From an uncultured bacterium (lineage in GTDB: Bacteria; Vulcanimicrobiota; Xenobia; Xenobiales; Xenobiaceae): 64,000 bases of DNA. Of the stretch, positions 17,985 to 28,463 are shown piece after piece (the first letter of the stretch is position 1; each line of letters opens with the position of its first letter). The translations under genes were made by a program, and so were the position numbers. The notes beneath the pieces were generated by a model, which saw nothing but the letters and a program-made list of their open reading frames with translations, was not told the DNA's origin and ran no database searches. The DNA lies in contig CAKUDB010000011.1 in the NCBI GenBank assembly GCA_934644775.1, forward strand, positions 1,118-65,117, written 5' to 3'.

Positions 17985-19199
17985 CTACTCTTCTGGGATA
18001 GCCCAGGGGACACAAAGCTTAAATAGGAAAGGCCATACTACAGAAGAGACGATAGCTAAAAGAATAACTGCTGCGTTGAAACTTTCAGTAATTACTCCCA
18101 TCTTCAGCCCCAAATTGCCAAAAACCACTAACAAAGTGAGAGGAGCGGCCAATATTAGAGAGGCGGTCAGCGATTCTTTGAAGCGACAGATCCAAGTTGG
18201 GCGAGAAGCATTCCAAAAAGCTAAACAAGCGATTAAACGTACTACAAGCATAGAGATAAAGAGTAAGCCAAGTAATTTCCAATCTGATTTTAGAGCCATA
18301 TCTAACTTAAATTCTAAGCCAACTCTAATAAAAAATACTGGTACGAAGAAACCGTTAGCCAAACTTAAGAACTTCATTTCCAGAGGCCCTTTAGCTCTAA
18401 ATACATAACTGAATAAGGCTCCAGCCATAAAAGCGCCTAAAATAGCGTCTACGCCCAAATGGATAGCAGCAGCCACCATCATAAACATAAGGGCCATACC
18501 GGCGCGAACTCCAATTTCCGAAGGATCGTGAGCGATGACAACGCGGCTAAAATATTCAGGACGCCACCAAACGGCCGAGCGTAAAACAATTAAAAGTACA
18601 TAGGCCAAAGCGAAAATAAGCAACATCTTAACGACGCTTAAGAAAAATACGGTGTTAAAACCGCCGGAAGTATTCCAAGCAGCTATAAAAGTGGCGGCCA
18701 CAATACAGACAAACTCTCCTATAGTGCCAACTATAAGCACTTGTTGTCCGAAAGGCTTCTTACCTAAGCCAGTTTCTTGCAACAACATAATTGGCAAGCC
18801 GATAGAGATAGAAGCTAAAATCATCACCACAAAAGGCTGCAATTGGAATAAAGAGACGCAAAGGTAAGAAGAGGCAAAAATAATAGCCACGATCCCAGCC
18901 ATAGAAGCTAGTTTCTTGGGGCCAGAATTTTCTATAGAATGGAAGTTTAATTCTAAGCCGGCGCTAAAGAGCAATAAAAAAAAGCCCAACTCGCCAATGA
19001 GATAACAAAAATGGTGTAATTCTACTAGTTTTAAGACGTAAGGGCCAACTAAAATGCCATAAAGGATCTCGCCTATAGAGGCTGGCAAGCGCAAAGGACG
19101 ACATAATAAGGGCACAAAGAAAGCGCCTATAGCCAAAATGAGTAAGTTGTTGGCAGTTTGTAAAGAAAATTCTTCCATATTAGTGCCCTCTTCCCCCAT
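17985..19199 (-). CDS. cation:proton antiporter (CPA2/KefB-like Na+/H+ exchanger family membrane protein)
   Basis: 404 aa with ~11-12 predicted TM helices, typical of Na_H_Exchanger folds; overlaps the downstream RCK gene by 20 nt. Confidence 0.8.
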   Translation of the reverse strand: MGEEGTNMEEFSLQTANNLLILAIGAFFVPLLCRPLRLPASIGEILYGILVGPYVLKLVELHHFCYLIGELGFFLLLFSAGLELNFHSIENSGPKKLASMAGIVAIIFASSYLCVSLFQLQPFVVMILASISIGLPIMLLQETGLGKKPFGQQVLIVGTIGEFVCIVAATFIAAWNTSGGFNTVFFLSVVKMLLIFALAYVLLIVLRSAVWWRPEYFSRVVIAHDPSEIGVRAGMALMFMMVAAAIHLGVDAILGAFMAGALFSYVFRAKGPLEMKFLSLANGFFVPVFFIRVGLEFKLDMALKSDWKLLGLLFISMLVVRLIACLAFWNASRPTWICRFKESLTASLILAAPLTLLVVFGNLGLKMGVITESFNAAVILLAIVSSVVWPFLFKLCVPWAIPEE

Positions 19200-20679
19200 T
19201 TCCGTTAGCCAATTTAGCGTAGTCGGTCTTGCCTCCGTGGGGCAAAACCATTACTGAGCAACTACTGCGCATAATAATTTGTCGCGATACATCGGGAGCT
19301 ATAAGGGAGAAGCGGTGATTTTGTCTATGGGCAATGACTAACAAGTCGGAATTTTGCAAAAACTCTACAACTTTATGGACCGGATTGCCGTTTACACAAA
19401 CACTTTCAGCAGTAACAGAGTACAGAGAAGCTATTTTCACTGCTTTTTGCAAACTATTTTGTAACTCTTGGTTTTGCTCTTCTCCAGCTACCATCTCTTC
19501 GGGTTTAACTGCTAAGCAAATAAAAGGTAACCCCAAAGAGCGCACCAGGCCTAAAGCCAACTCTAAACTGCGCGGATGTTCCGGCGTCACTACATGGACA
19601 ATGCGCTTATAAGGGAAAGAGCCACGGGCAATTAGACAAGGTCGGTTGGCTTTATTTAGTAAATCGGTAATTTTGTAATTAAAGAGTCCCATAAGTTGCC
19701 ACCAATTAAAGGGAGCGTCGGGAATAACTAAACAACCACAATCATTCTCTTCTAAAACTTTATATAAATCAGAGGTCTTATGGCCGGGAACTTGCCAAGC
19801 TAAAGGCTTAATATGGACTTCATCTTCATCTTTGACACTTTTAGCCAACCAAGCTGCTTCAGCTTCAATTTCTACAGGCGGCTTGCCTTCGTAGCCTAAG
19901 GTCATAAATTGCGAGCCATAAGGCATAGGGAAATTGGAAAAACCGCTGCGGAAATAAGCAGCTACACGCGGCAGTACTATAGGATCGCCTATTAGAACCA
20001 CTCTATCATCAGCCTCAAATACAGTATTACCGTGGGGAACAACTAATTTACCATCACGATAAATAGCACCGACTAAATAAGCCTGAGGGTGAAGTTGCAT
20101 AAGTGAACGACCAATTACCGCCGAATGGGGCAAAATTTTTACCTCAGAAATTTCTCCCATTCCCAAACCGATATTGTCGGCAATTTTGCGGGAAGAATCA
20201 ATCTGAGCCAACATAACCGAAGCCATAACAGAACTGCGACAACTAACTTCCGCCCCCGTCTTTTTGAGAGCTACCATTTTTTCTTCACTGACAACTTGTG
20301 TATAAAGAAAAGGTATGGAAAATTCTTTTTGCATTAAATTGCAAAAAATTTCCGCTGCTTCATCGTCACCCAAAACAGCTATGGCCATTCTTACATCAGC
20401 TGCTTTCGCTCGCTGCAAAACCAAAAGACTGGATACATCTCCGCAAATGATTTCATCTTCAGCATTTTCGCCCAAACTTTGACGATATTGCTCTACAGCC
20501 TCAGCGTCTTTATCTATAGCAATAACTTGCCAAGAAGAGCGAAGTCTTTTGGCAACTTCCCGACCGGTTCTTCCCAATCCAGCCACTAAAGCCTTAGGCT
20601 TTTCTGTCTTTTTTGCTAAAGGTAACTTCATTCCTATAGCTACAGCCTGATTTTGTATTTCAGGTTTGGCTTCACTCAT
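19180..20679 (-). CDS. RCK (TrkA-N/TrkA-C) domain regulatory protein with C-terminal universal-stress-protein-like domains
   Basis: Rossmann motif LVAGLGRTGREVAKRL; TrkA-C-like block ISEVKILPHSAVIGRSLMQL...DDRVVLIGD; Usp-like C-terminal repeats; gene-coupled to the antiporter. Confidence 0.7.
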   Translation of the reverse strand: MSEAKPEIQNQAVAIGMKLPLAKKTEKPKALVAGLGRTGREVAKRLRSSWQVIAIDKDAEAVEQYRQSLGENAEDEIICGDVSSLLVLQRAKAADVRMAIAVLGDDEAAEIFCNLMQKEFSIPFLYTQVVSEEKMVALKKTGAEVSCRSSVMASVMLAQIDSSRKIADNIGLGMGEISEVKILPHSAVIGRSLMQLHPQAYLVGAIYRDGKLVVPHGNTVFEADDRVVLIGDPIVLPRVAAYFRSGFSNFPMPYGSQFMTLGYEGKPPVEIEAEAAWLAKSVKDEDEVHIKPLAWQVPGHKTSDLYKVLEENDCGCLVIPDAPFNWWQLMGLFNYKITDLLNKANRPCLIARGSFPYKRIVHVVTPEHPRSLELALGLVRSLGLPFICLAVKPEEMVAGEEQNQELQNSLQKAVKIASLYSVTAESVCVNGNPVHKVVEFLQNSDLLVIAHRQNHRFSLIAPDVSRQIIMRSSCSVMVLPHGGKTDYAKLANGNGGRGH

Positions 20680-20770
20680 CTCGTTTTGCAGCCTCTCTAT
20701 ACTGTTTTAATCCATTACTGTGCGGCCCATTCGCCCACGGCCTAATACTTCTTGTTTAGCAATATATTTC

Positions 20771-20819
20771 TTGCGCCCCCCCAAAAAAAAAGAACTTGCT
20801 CAAATGTATACACAATTGA
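20771..20819 (-). terminator. strong rho-independent terminator downstream of serC
   Basis: Perfect 11-bp stem GAACTTGCTCA (20782-20792)/TGAGCAAGTTC (20807-20817) with palindromic loop; T9 follows on minus strand (A9 at 20773-20781). Confidence 0.8.
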
Positions 20820-20883
20820 GCAAGTTCTTCCCGAATATTTGCCTATTCGTCAGTCTTACGCCTGCCAAATGGCAATCGATTTA

Positions 20884-21990
20884 CTAAGCGTTATGACGCT
20901 GGAAGTCGGCCATAAACTCTACCAAGCGCTCGACACCTTCGTAGGGGAAAGCGTTGTAAATAGAAGCGCGAATACCGCCAACAGATCTGTGACCCTTAAG
21001 GCCAATCATACCTACAGCTTCAGCTTCTTGGGCGAACTTCTTCTCCAAGTCTTCGTTGGGTAAGCGCCAAGTTACGTTCATTAAAGAGCGATCGGCTTTA
21101 GCAGCGTGAGGAGCATAGAAACCGTTGCTTTCGTCGAGAGCTTTGTAAAGGAGAGCAGCTTTCTTCTTGTTGAGCTCGTACATCTTGTCCAGACCGCCGA
21201 TCTCTTCTTCTAACCACTTCAAAACCAAACCAACCATATAAATGGCGAATACGGGGCAAGTATTGTAAAGGGAATGGTTCTCGACATGGGTCTTATAATT
21301 CATCATAATAGGACGCTTCTCGTCGGGAATAAGTCTCTTGTAGAAGTCGTCAGAAAGGATAGACAAAGTAACGCCGGCCGGGCCAACGTTCTTCTGAGCG
21401 CCAGCATAGATCAAACCGTACTTAGTGACGTCCATGGGACGACTCAAGAAGTCGGAAGAAGAGTCGCATACCATAGGTACACCGTAGGAAGCGGGCTCAC
21501 GATGGAACTCGATACCGTGAATAGTTTCGTTGGAAGTTACGTGGAAGTAGGAAGCTTCGGGACGAACTTTGTAATCGCCATCTTGAGGTAAGGTGCTAAA
21601 ATTGCTATCTTTACCAGACCAAACAATATTGACATTGCCAACACGTTTGGCCTCGGCAGCGGCCTTCTTAGACCAAGTCCCCTGTTCGAGGTAGTCGGCA
21701 CCGTTCTCCCCTAAGAAATTGACCGGGACCATACTGAACTGAGTGGTAGCGCCACCCTGCAAGAACATTACATAATAATTGTCAGGGATATTCAAAAGAC
21801 GGCGAAGTCTGGCTTCGGCAGTTTTGATAATACCGTCGATAACTTTACCGCGATGAGAGAGTTCCATAACGGAAGCGCCAGCACCGGGATAACATACTAA
21901 ATCGCGCTGAGCTTCTTTCAAAGCGGATAAAGGCAGAACGGCCGGACCAGCCGAGAAATTGAATACGCGCTTCTCACATTCACAAGTCAT
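20884..21990 (-). CDS. serC: phosphoserine aminotransferase
   Basis: FNFSAGPAVLPLSALKEAQRDL N-terminal motif and PLP-enzyme fold; ATG at 21990 (MTCECEKRVFNFSAGP) has a GGAGGG RBS 12 nt upstream; the longer track ORF starts at 22038. Confidence 0.88.
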   Translation of the reverse strand: MTCECEKRVFNFSAGPAVLPLSALKEAQRDLVCYPGAGASVMELSHRGKVIDGIIKTAEARLRRLLNIPDNYYVMFLQGGATTQFSMVPVNFLGENGADYLEQGTWSKKAAAEAKRVGNVNIVWSGKDSNFSTLPQDGDYKVRPEASYFHVTSNETIHGIEFHREPASYGVPMVCDSSSDFLSRPMDVTKYGLIYAGAQKNVGPAGVTLSILSDDFYKRLIPDEKRPIMMNYKTHVENHSLYNTCPVFAIYMVGLVLKWLEEEIGGLDKMYELNKKKAALLYKALDESNGFYAPHAAKADRSLMNVTWRLPNEDLEKKFAQEAEAVGMIGLKGHRSVGGIRASIYNAFPYEGVERLVEFMADFQRHNA

Positions 21991-22166
21991 TACTATATGA
22001 CCCTCCATATAGGTTATTCTGATATTCCCTAAGCCCAAAGGACTAAAGGATTACGACATTCGGGACAAAAAATCAAAATGCGTTTTCTCCAACGCAGGTT
22101 TTGGGCTTCGCCTGCTATTCTAAAAAAGCCTGCCTAAATAAAAGCTTAAATTACAGACAAAAAAGA

Positions 22167-23669
22167 TCAGTTGGCCGGTAGTGGAGCCGCCTCTTTAAGT
22201 TTAAGGGCTTCTTCTAAAATAAATTTAGCTACCGGAGCGGCTACTACCCCGCCACCACCACGATTTTCTACAATTACGGAGACGGCATAGCGCGGCTTGT
22301 CGGCCGGAGCATAACCGATAAACCAAGCATGGGTGGCACCGTGAGGATTTTCTGCCGAGCCAGTTTTGCCAGCTACAGCCACTCCGGGAATTTGGGCAGC
22401 CATACCAGTACCTTCTCGAACCACATTGGCCATAGATAAAGCCACTAAAGAAGCCGTCTCGGAAGAGATAATGCGCTCGGCCTTGCCTTCTGGACATTTC
22501 CAGACGGTAGATAAACCTTTAGCTGAAGGCCGAATTTGACCACGCAGCAGCCTCGGTTCAATATCGACTCCACCCCTAGCTATAACGGCGGCAACTCTGG
22601 CCATATGCAGGGGCGAAACCAAAGTATCGGCCTGACCGATAGCCGCTTCGGCTGGTGCCGAAAGGGTATCACTTTCCGGCAATCTGGCCCTAACAGCTCC
22701 GGGAACGAAAGCCATCTTTTGATCGAGCTTAAACTTCTTCATCCAGGCTCTAATTTTAGGCATTTGCATAGCCATTCCCAATCTTCCGAAAGCGGCATTA
22801 CAAGAGTAAGTTAGAGCTTCGTTTAAGGTGACGTCCCCATGATCGCCTAGACAACTGACAAAATAATTATCAGCCCAAAAGCCCTTATCACAATGGAAAG
22901 TATCGTTCCATCTAGCTAAACCTTCCTCTAAACAAGCAGCCATAATTAAAGGCTTAAAGACTGAACCGGGGGGATAATAGCCTTGTTTAGACCTATCTAA
23001 AAGACAGGCCGCTTCGTTATCACTGTTAATCCTTTGCCAATAGCCTTCAATACCTAAGTTGTTGGGATCGTAAGAAGGCAAGGAAACCATAGCTAAAAGA
23101 TCGCCGTTTTTAATATCGATAACGACTGCCGCTCCCCTATAACCGACCATATAATTAAAAATTTCACTTTGCAAAGTAGCGTCTAAAGTTGTTACAACAT
23201 CGTCGCCCTTTCTGTCAGACTTGTTCCATAAGCGAAAAGCTTCCCAAGGGGTACGGGGGACGCTAAAGCCGCGAATTTGTTCAGCTAAGTCGTCTTCTAA
23301 ACCGGCTCGGCTATATTCGGGACTGTTGTAGCCTATAATATTGGCGGCACACTCTCCTAAAGGATAAGTTCGAGGTACTTTCTGAGCTTCTTCTTGGCAA
23401 TTGTCCTTAGAAAAAGCCAAAGGAGCCAAGTGGCGATCTAAAATGCGCCCCATTAAATTCCAATTATCGTCATAAAGGGGATTATTTTTATGTTTACTTA
23501 AATTATCGCCATCAAAAATAGCGTATTTAGTCACATTTACTAGAGGCAAAAGTAATAATAAAGCAAACAAAAAGGCAGCGAAACGGACTCTCTTTTTAGT
23601 AGAGAAGATAGCTACTTTAGCCGATATGGTCTTATTCTTGCTAGGCATCGAGCTCTTTATCTCCCCCAT
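22167..23669 (-). CDS. peptidoglycan D,D-transpeptidase (class B PBP, PBP2/PbpA type)
   Basis: N-terminal TM; SVFK (SxxK), SCN, KTGS transpeptidase motifs; overlaps the upstream SEDS gene by 29 nt. Confidence 0.88.
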   Translation of the reverse strand: MGEIKSSMPSKNKTISAKVAIFSTKKRVRFAAFLFALLLLLPLVNVTKYAIFDGDNLSKHKNNPLYDDNWNLMGRILDRHLAPLAFSKDNCQEEAQKVPRTYPLGECAANIIGYNSPEYSRAGLEDDLAEQIRGFSVPRTPWEAFRLWNKSDRKGDDVVTTLDATLQSEIFNYMVGYRGAAVVIDIKNGDLLAMVSLPSYDPNNLGIEGYWQRINSDNEAACLLDRSKQGYYPPGSVFKPLIMAACLEEGLARWNDTFHCDKGFWADNYFVSCLGDHGDVTLNEALTYSCNAAFGRLGMAMQMPKIRAWMKKFKLDQKMAFVPGAVRARLPESDTLSAPAEAAIGQADTLVSPLHMARVAAVIARGGVDIEPRLLRGQIRPSAKGLSTVWKCPEGKAERIISSETASLVALSMANVVREGTGMAAQIPGVAVAGKTGSAENPHGATHAWFIGYAPADKPRYAVSVIVENRGGGGVVAAPVAKFILEEALKLKEAAPLPAN

Positions 23670-25032
23670 TTGCGAGTGTGTCGATCTTATCCCGCTCAGA
23701 TAAGCTTTCGCTACTTATACTCTTTTTATCTAACTCTGCAGCGTAAGCTTTGGCATTAGAAGCGTCAATAGCCCAAATTATTCCTAAAATAATAAAACTG
23801 GAAGCCAATGAACTGCCACCAGCAGAGACGAAAGGCAAAGTAATCCCAGTCATAGGAATAATTTTAGTATCACCAAGCATGATAATAGCGCTTTGCCAAG
23901 CGAATAAACTAGCTAAACCGGAGGCTAAAAGGACTCCGAATTGCTCTTGAGCTCTCATAGCTACAGCAAAACAGCGCTCTACTAAAATAATAATTCCCAG
24001 TATGAGAGCGGTACAACCAATCATTCCAAAGTCTTCAGTTATAGCCACAAAAGCAAAATCGTTACTTACTTCGGGAATAACTTCTGAATAGCCCATACCT
24101 AAGCCGGCACCGTCGAAGCCAGAATTATTTAAACAAAAGAGAGCTAAACACATTTGATAACCGTTATTGCCAATATCGGCAAAGGGATCGAGCCAATTAG
24201 CTACGCGCACTTGCACATGATCAAAAAATTTCCAACAAGCGTAAGCTCCCCCGGAAGATAATAAAGCTGTAAGAATAAGAATATCGGCTCGCCCAGTAGC
24301 GATAAAAAACATAGAAATAAAGATACCAAAGAGTAATAGGGCGGCACCTAAATCGCGCTGAGCTACCAATAATAATTCAGCTACAGCCATAGAAAGGCCC
24401 AAAATTAAAAGGGCTTTACGCGAGAGACGACTATCTTTGCCAAAGGTAATACCTAAACTCATCCAGGGACTAAATTGGCGCAAATAGGCGGCAAAAAATA
24501 TTATAAAACATATTTTGGTAAACTCGCCCGGTTGGAGGCTGAATCCACCGATATTGAACCATAGCCTGGCCCCATTGGCTGCCGCGCCAAAGATCATTAC
24601 TGCCAGTTGAGCAATTACTCCGCCAGTTAAAAATAAATATTTATACTCTTCTAAGACGCGGTAATTTCTGAGCAAAAAAACGCTCAGTAGCATAAGTACG
24701 AGGGCTACAGCTATGGAGATAGCCTGGCGCGGCCCCTGATTGGCATATAGAGAGTTACGGAAACCTAAACTATATATTTCCAACCAGCTCACACTACTTA
24801 AAAACAGAGCGCTAGGAATTAAAAAGTTGTCGCCCCTTTGGGGCCATAAAGCCAAAATGGCCCAGGCTATCCAACCGGAAATGGCTATAACGGCAGCGTA
24901 TTGGCAAGGCTTATAGCCGCAATCGACCCCGAAATTGGGGGCAATAAGAACCAACCAGTAACTGCCATAAGCTAAAATAGCAGTTACAATAAGCATAAGT
25001 AGGATCCCCCAACGACGTGAATTAGCATCCAT
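23641..25032 (-). CDS. SEDS family peptidoglycan glycosyltransferase (RodA/FtsW)
   Basis: 463 aa polytopic membrane protein with FtsW/RodA/SpoVE signature segments; immediately upstream of the class B PBP. Confidence 0.85.
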   Translation of the reverse strand: MDANSRRWGILLMLIVTAILAYGSYWLVLIAPNFGVDCGYKPCQYAAVIAISGWIAWAILALWPQRGDNFLIPSALFLSSVSWLEIYSLGFRNSLYANQGPRQAISIAVALVLMLLSVFLLRNYRVLEEYKYLFLTGGVIAQLAVMIFGAAANGARLWFNIGGFSLQPGEFTKICFIIFFAAYLRQFSPWMSLGITFGKDSRLSRKALLILGLSMAVAELLLVAQRDLGAALLLFGIFISMFFIATGRADILILTALLSSGGAYACWKFFDHVQVRVANWLDPFADIGNNGYQMCLALFCLNNSGFDGAGLGMGYSEVIPEVSNDFAFVAITEDFGMIGCTALILGIIILVERCFAVAMRAQEQFGVLLASGLASLFAWQSAIIMLGDTKIIPMTGITLPFVSAGGSSLASSFIILGIIWAIDASNAKAYAAELDKKSISSESLSERDKIDTLANGGDKELDA

Positions 25033-25043
25033 ACTTTTTTAAC

Positions 25044-25733
25044 CTAACTTTGCTTATAAACGAACTTACTATCATCTATAGAAAATTCGTCGCCATCTTT
25101 TAAGTATACCGGCGTAGTAAGTAATTCTCCGTTACAAAAAGTGCCGTTGGCACTACCTAAATCTTCCAGAACGACTCCGCTGGGATCGACTGATAGTTTG
25201 GCATGACGAGAGGAGACGAAGTTGCCAGTTAAACAAACGTCACACTCAGAAGAGCGTCCAAATATCAAAGTCTGTTCTACAGGTAAACTCTTCGCTGCCA
25301 AATAAGGACTATCGACTAGCAAATGGCTACCCGAAGGTGACGAAGCTGCCGCCGATTTTTTGACAGCCGCCAAGAATTGCTCACGCGAACTACCTACAGC
25401 TGGCATATCAGCCACAGTTGGAGCATAACATAAATCGAAATTAGTCTTCTCTGCCGAAGCCGACCTTACCGCCCCTAAGCTACCAGAAGCAGCTGAATGG
25501 AAGCTTTTCCTACTTTTGCCCTCGGATCTTTCTCCCTCTTGGGCAGAATCTGGTTCCGACTGTCCGGGACGAGAGAGACTATCTTTCTTTTCGGAAGGAG
25601 GCTCGGCTTTAGGCATTCCTTGATAGATAATCCGCAAAGAGACAACCACAAAAGCACAAATCAGCCCTAAAAGCGGAAATTTTAGAAAGTAGAGAATCCC
25701 CTCGGAAATGCCTTCTTTCAAACCGACCTCCAT
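25044..25733 (-). CDS. FHA domain-containing membrane protein (FhaB/FipA-like)
   Basis: N-terminal TM helix and Ser/Pro-rich linker, with a C-terminal FHA domain (LIFGRSSECDVCLTGNFVSSRHAKLSVDPSGVVLEDLGSANGTFCNG); position directly upstream of RodA-PBP mirrors the fhaB-rodA-pbpA arrangement. Confidence 0.75.
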   Translation of the reverse strand: MEVGLKEGISEGILYFLKFPLLGLICAFVVVSLRIIYQGMPKAEPPSEKKDSLSRPGQSEPDSAQEGERSEGKSRKSFHSAASGSLGAVRSASAEKTNFDLCYAPTVADMPAVGSSREQFLAAVKKSAAASSPSGSHLLVDSPYLAAKSLPVEQTLIFGRSSECDVCLTGNFVSSRHAKLSVDPSGVVLEDLGSANGTFCNGELLTTPVYLKDGDEFSIDDSKFVYKQS

Positions 25734-25793
25734 GCACTAATTTTAGAGTCAAGCTCAGCTTTAAACTGGCTCTACCCTATGGTATCGGCGGCC

Positions 25794-27077
25794 TTACTTA
25801 CTTAAATCGAAGCCATGACTGCGGAAGGTACTGGGATCGTGACAAACTTCTTTGGCAATATCTTTATCAATAACTTTATCTTTCAACAGCTTGAGTAAGG
25901 CAGAATCCATAGTTTGCATACCGATATCCTTACCCGTCTGAATATAGTTATTGATTTGAGAAGTTTTGCCCTCACGGATAATATTGGAGAAGCCGGCTTG
26001 GGAAATAAGAATCTCGTGCACCGCTACTCGACCGCCGCCAATCTTCTTAAGCAAAAGCTGAGCCACCACCGCTTTAATAGATTCGCTGAGCATAGCGCGA
26101 ATAGTATCTTGCTGTTTGGCAGGGAAGACGTCGATAATACGATCTATAGTTTTGGCGGCAGAATTGGTATGCAAAGTACCAAAAACTAAAGCGCCCGTTT
26201 CGGCCGCCTTAATGGCATTGTAAATAGTATCTAAATCGCGCATTTCACCCACCAAAACAATATCGGGATCTTCACGCAAAGAAGCTCTCAGAGCTTCGGC
26301 GAAGGTATTGGCGTGAGTACCCACTTCGCGATGATCGATAATACATTTTTGGTTTTTATGGGTAAACTCAACGGGATCTTCAATAGTAATTATGTGGGCA
26401 GCGCGATTTTTATTCACATAATCGAGCATAGCCGCCATAGTGGTAGATTTACCCGAACCGGTAGGGCCAGTTACTAAGACGATCCCTTTCTTGAACATAG
26501 CGATCTTTTTGAGCACTTCGGGAAGGTGCATCTCGTCAATAGTAGGTATGCGGCTGGGGATTTCCCGGAAAACGGCCGCCAAACCGCACTTTTGTTTAAA
26601 AAAGTTGCCACGGAAACGAGCCAGTCCGGGAATTTCGTAGGCAAAATCGAGATTGCCACATTTTTCAAAAGCTTCCCAGCGCTCGGCACTAACTAAAGGC
26701 AGTAAAAGCTCCCTGGCCTTTTCGTTAGTCAGAACTGGGCAGGTAGAGCGATGTAAATCGCCGCTAATACGGAACATAGGCACTTCGCCTACGGACAAAT
26801 GCAAGTCGGAGCCTTTGTGGGCTACCAAAATGCGCAATAAGTCGTCCTGATTATAATCGTCGGCCACTTCGATTAAAGGCAGCTCCTCTACTGGGGGCTC
26901 TTCTTGAGCAACTTCTGCTACCGAAGGGGCAGAAGCTTCATAATCGGCACTAGTGGCAACCCCTACATTAGAATCGGCTACAGCAGAAGTGACAACTTTT
27001 TCTTCCACTGTCGGTGCAGGCTCTTCGCGAGAGGCGGAAGAGGAAAATCTCTTGGTCAAGCTGGAAAAAAATGCCAT
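25794..27077 (-). CDS. PilT/PilU-family ATPase with ~80-aa acidic N-terminal extension
   Basis: GPTGSGKSTT, IEDPVEF, DIVLVGEMRDLDT, TLHTNSAAKT are all canonical. Confidence 0.85.
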   Translation of the reverse strand: MAFFSSLTKRFSSSASREEPAPTVEEKVVTSAVADSNVGVATSADYEASAPSVAEVAQEEPPVEELPLIEVADDYNQDDLLRILVAHKGSDLHLSVGEVPMFRISGDLHRSTCPVLTNEKARELLLPLVSAERWEAFEKCGNLDFAYEIPGLARFRGNFFKQKCGLAAVFREIPSRIPTIDEMHLPEVLKKIAMFKKGIVLVTGPTGSGKSTTMAAMLDYVNKNRAAHIITIEDPVEFTHKNQKCIIDHREVGTHANTFAEALRASLREDPDIVLVGEMRDLDTIYNAIKAAETGALVFGTLHTNSAAKTIDRIIDVFPAKQQDTIRAMLSESIKAVVAQLLLKKIGGGRVAVHEILISQAGFSNIIREGKTSQINNYIQTGKDIGMQTMDSALLKLLKDKVIDKDIAKEVCHDPSTFRSHGFDLSK

Positions 27078-27095
27078 AATTTTCTACCCCTTAAA

Positions 27096-28187
27096 TTAGT
27101 CGGCCATATAGGCGTTGGAAGAAAGGTGACGGTAAGGCTCGCGATTTACTGAGCAAGCTTCGGCTTCTTCTTTAGTAATGAGGCCGCGCTTAAAGAGTTC
27201 TAAAACGGAATTATCCATAACGCACATACCGTCTTTCTTGCCCGTTTGCATGGACATAGTGATTTGATAAGTTTTGCCATCGCGAATTAAATTGGAGATA
27301 CTGCCGTTATTGACTAAAATTTCTACAGCGGCCACCCGTCCAGAGCCATCGGCCTTGGGAATGAGCTGTTGAGCAATTACACCGCGCAGCGATTCTGAAA
27401 GCATAGTGCGTATTTGGGCTTGCTGATCGATAGGAAAAGCGTCGATCAAGCGATCTACAGCTTTGGCAGCAGAGTTGGTATGCAGAGTGCCTAACACCAA
27501 GTGGCCAGTCTCGGCAGCTGTAATAGCCAAAGATATAGTTTCTAAATCGCGCAATTCACCGACAAAAATAATATCGGGGTCTTCGCGCAAAGCCCCCTTC
27601 AGAGCCAAAGCGAAACTTTCTACATCGCGACCGACCTGGCGCTGGTTAATTAAAGCTTTTTTATTTTTGAATATATACTCAATAGGATCTTCTACAGTAA
27701 TTATATGGACCGGAGAGCGGGAGTTGATAATATCTAAAAGTGCAGCCACGGTAGCCGTTTTACCACAGCCGGCCTGGCCAGTACAAAGGATCAAACCTTG
27801 GTGGTATCGGGTCAGTTTATCTAAACTAGCAGGCAAGCCCAATTCTTCCAAAGTGGGAATCTTTGAAGGTATCAACCTAAAAACGATATTCAAGCCATTT
27901 TTTTGCTCGTAGACATTGCCGCGCAATCTCCAAGGGCCGCCCTCTTCGACTGTACCCAGTTCCAGGGCAAAATCTAAGTTTTTATCTTGCTTAAGTTTTT
28001 CGAGTTGTTCAACACTAAAGAGCGATTTGGCAACTTCGACTACAAAATCGTTAGGCAAAACATAATCGTCGGTCATACGTTGCAAAGAGCCGTAAATGCG
28101 AGCGACCGGAGCTTCGCCAGAGACTAAATATAGGTCTGAAGCGTGACAATCGACCATCATTTGCAAACATTTATTCAAATAGGACAT
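27096..28187 (-). CDS. PilT/PilU-family ATPase
   Basis: Walker A GQAGCGKT, VEDPIEY, IIFVGELRDLET, TLHTNSAAKA. ATG at 28187 (GAGAGGT RBS 10 nt upstream) places ASDLYL 16 residues from the N-terminus, as in PilT. The track ORF extends to TTG 28256. Confidence 0.85.
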   Translation of the reverse strand: MSYLNKCLQMMVDCHASDLYLVSGEAPVARIYGSLQRMTDDYVLPNDFVVEVAKSLFSVEQLEKLKQDKNLDFALELGTVEEGGPWRLRGNVYEQKNGLNIVFRLIPSKIPTLEELGLPASLDKLTRYHQGLILCTGQAGCGKTATVAALLDIINSRSPVHIITVEDPIEYIFKNKKALINQRQVGRDVESFALALKGALREDPDIIFVGELRDLETISLAITAAETGHLVLGTLHTNSAAKAVDRLIDAFPIDQQAQIRTMLSESLRGVIAQQLIPKADGSGRVAAVEILVNNGSISNLIRDGKTYQITMSMQTGKKDGMCVMDNSVLELFKRGLITKEEAEACSVNREPYRHLSSNAYMAD

Positions 28188-28463
28188 AGACAAACGACCT
28201 CTCTGAGAATGGATTATAGCTCTTTTATATCTGACTATGTAGAGCAACTGCCCCAACTAGCTCCGACCAATTGCTTAGGGCAACAATTTCGCACTTGATC
28301 GCGCCTCTTTTTAGCACTGCCACGAAAACTCTGCCGCCTTTCGCCGCTGGGATAGTGTCTCCTTTAGAAGGCCAGTGGCAGGTAATTTAGGCTTTTTTGT
28401 GAACAAGAGGGGCCTACTGATAGCCCAAGAAGTCATCCCGAAAGAAAAGAAAATTACCATATT

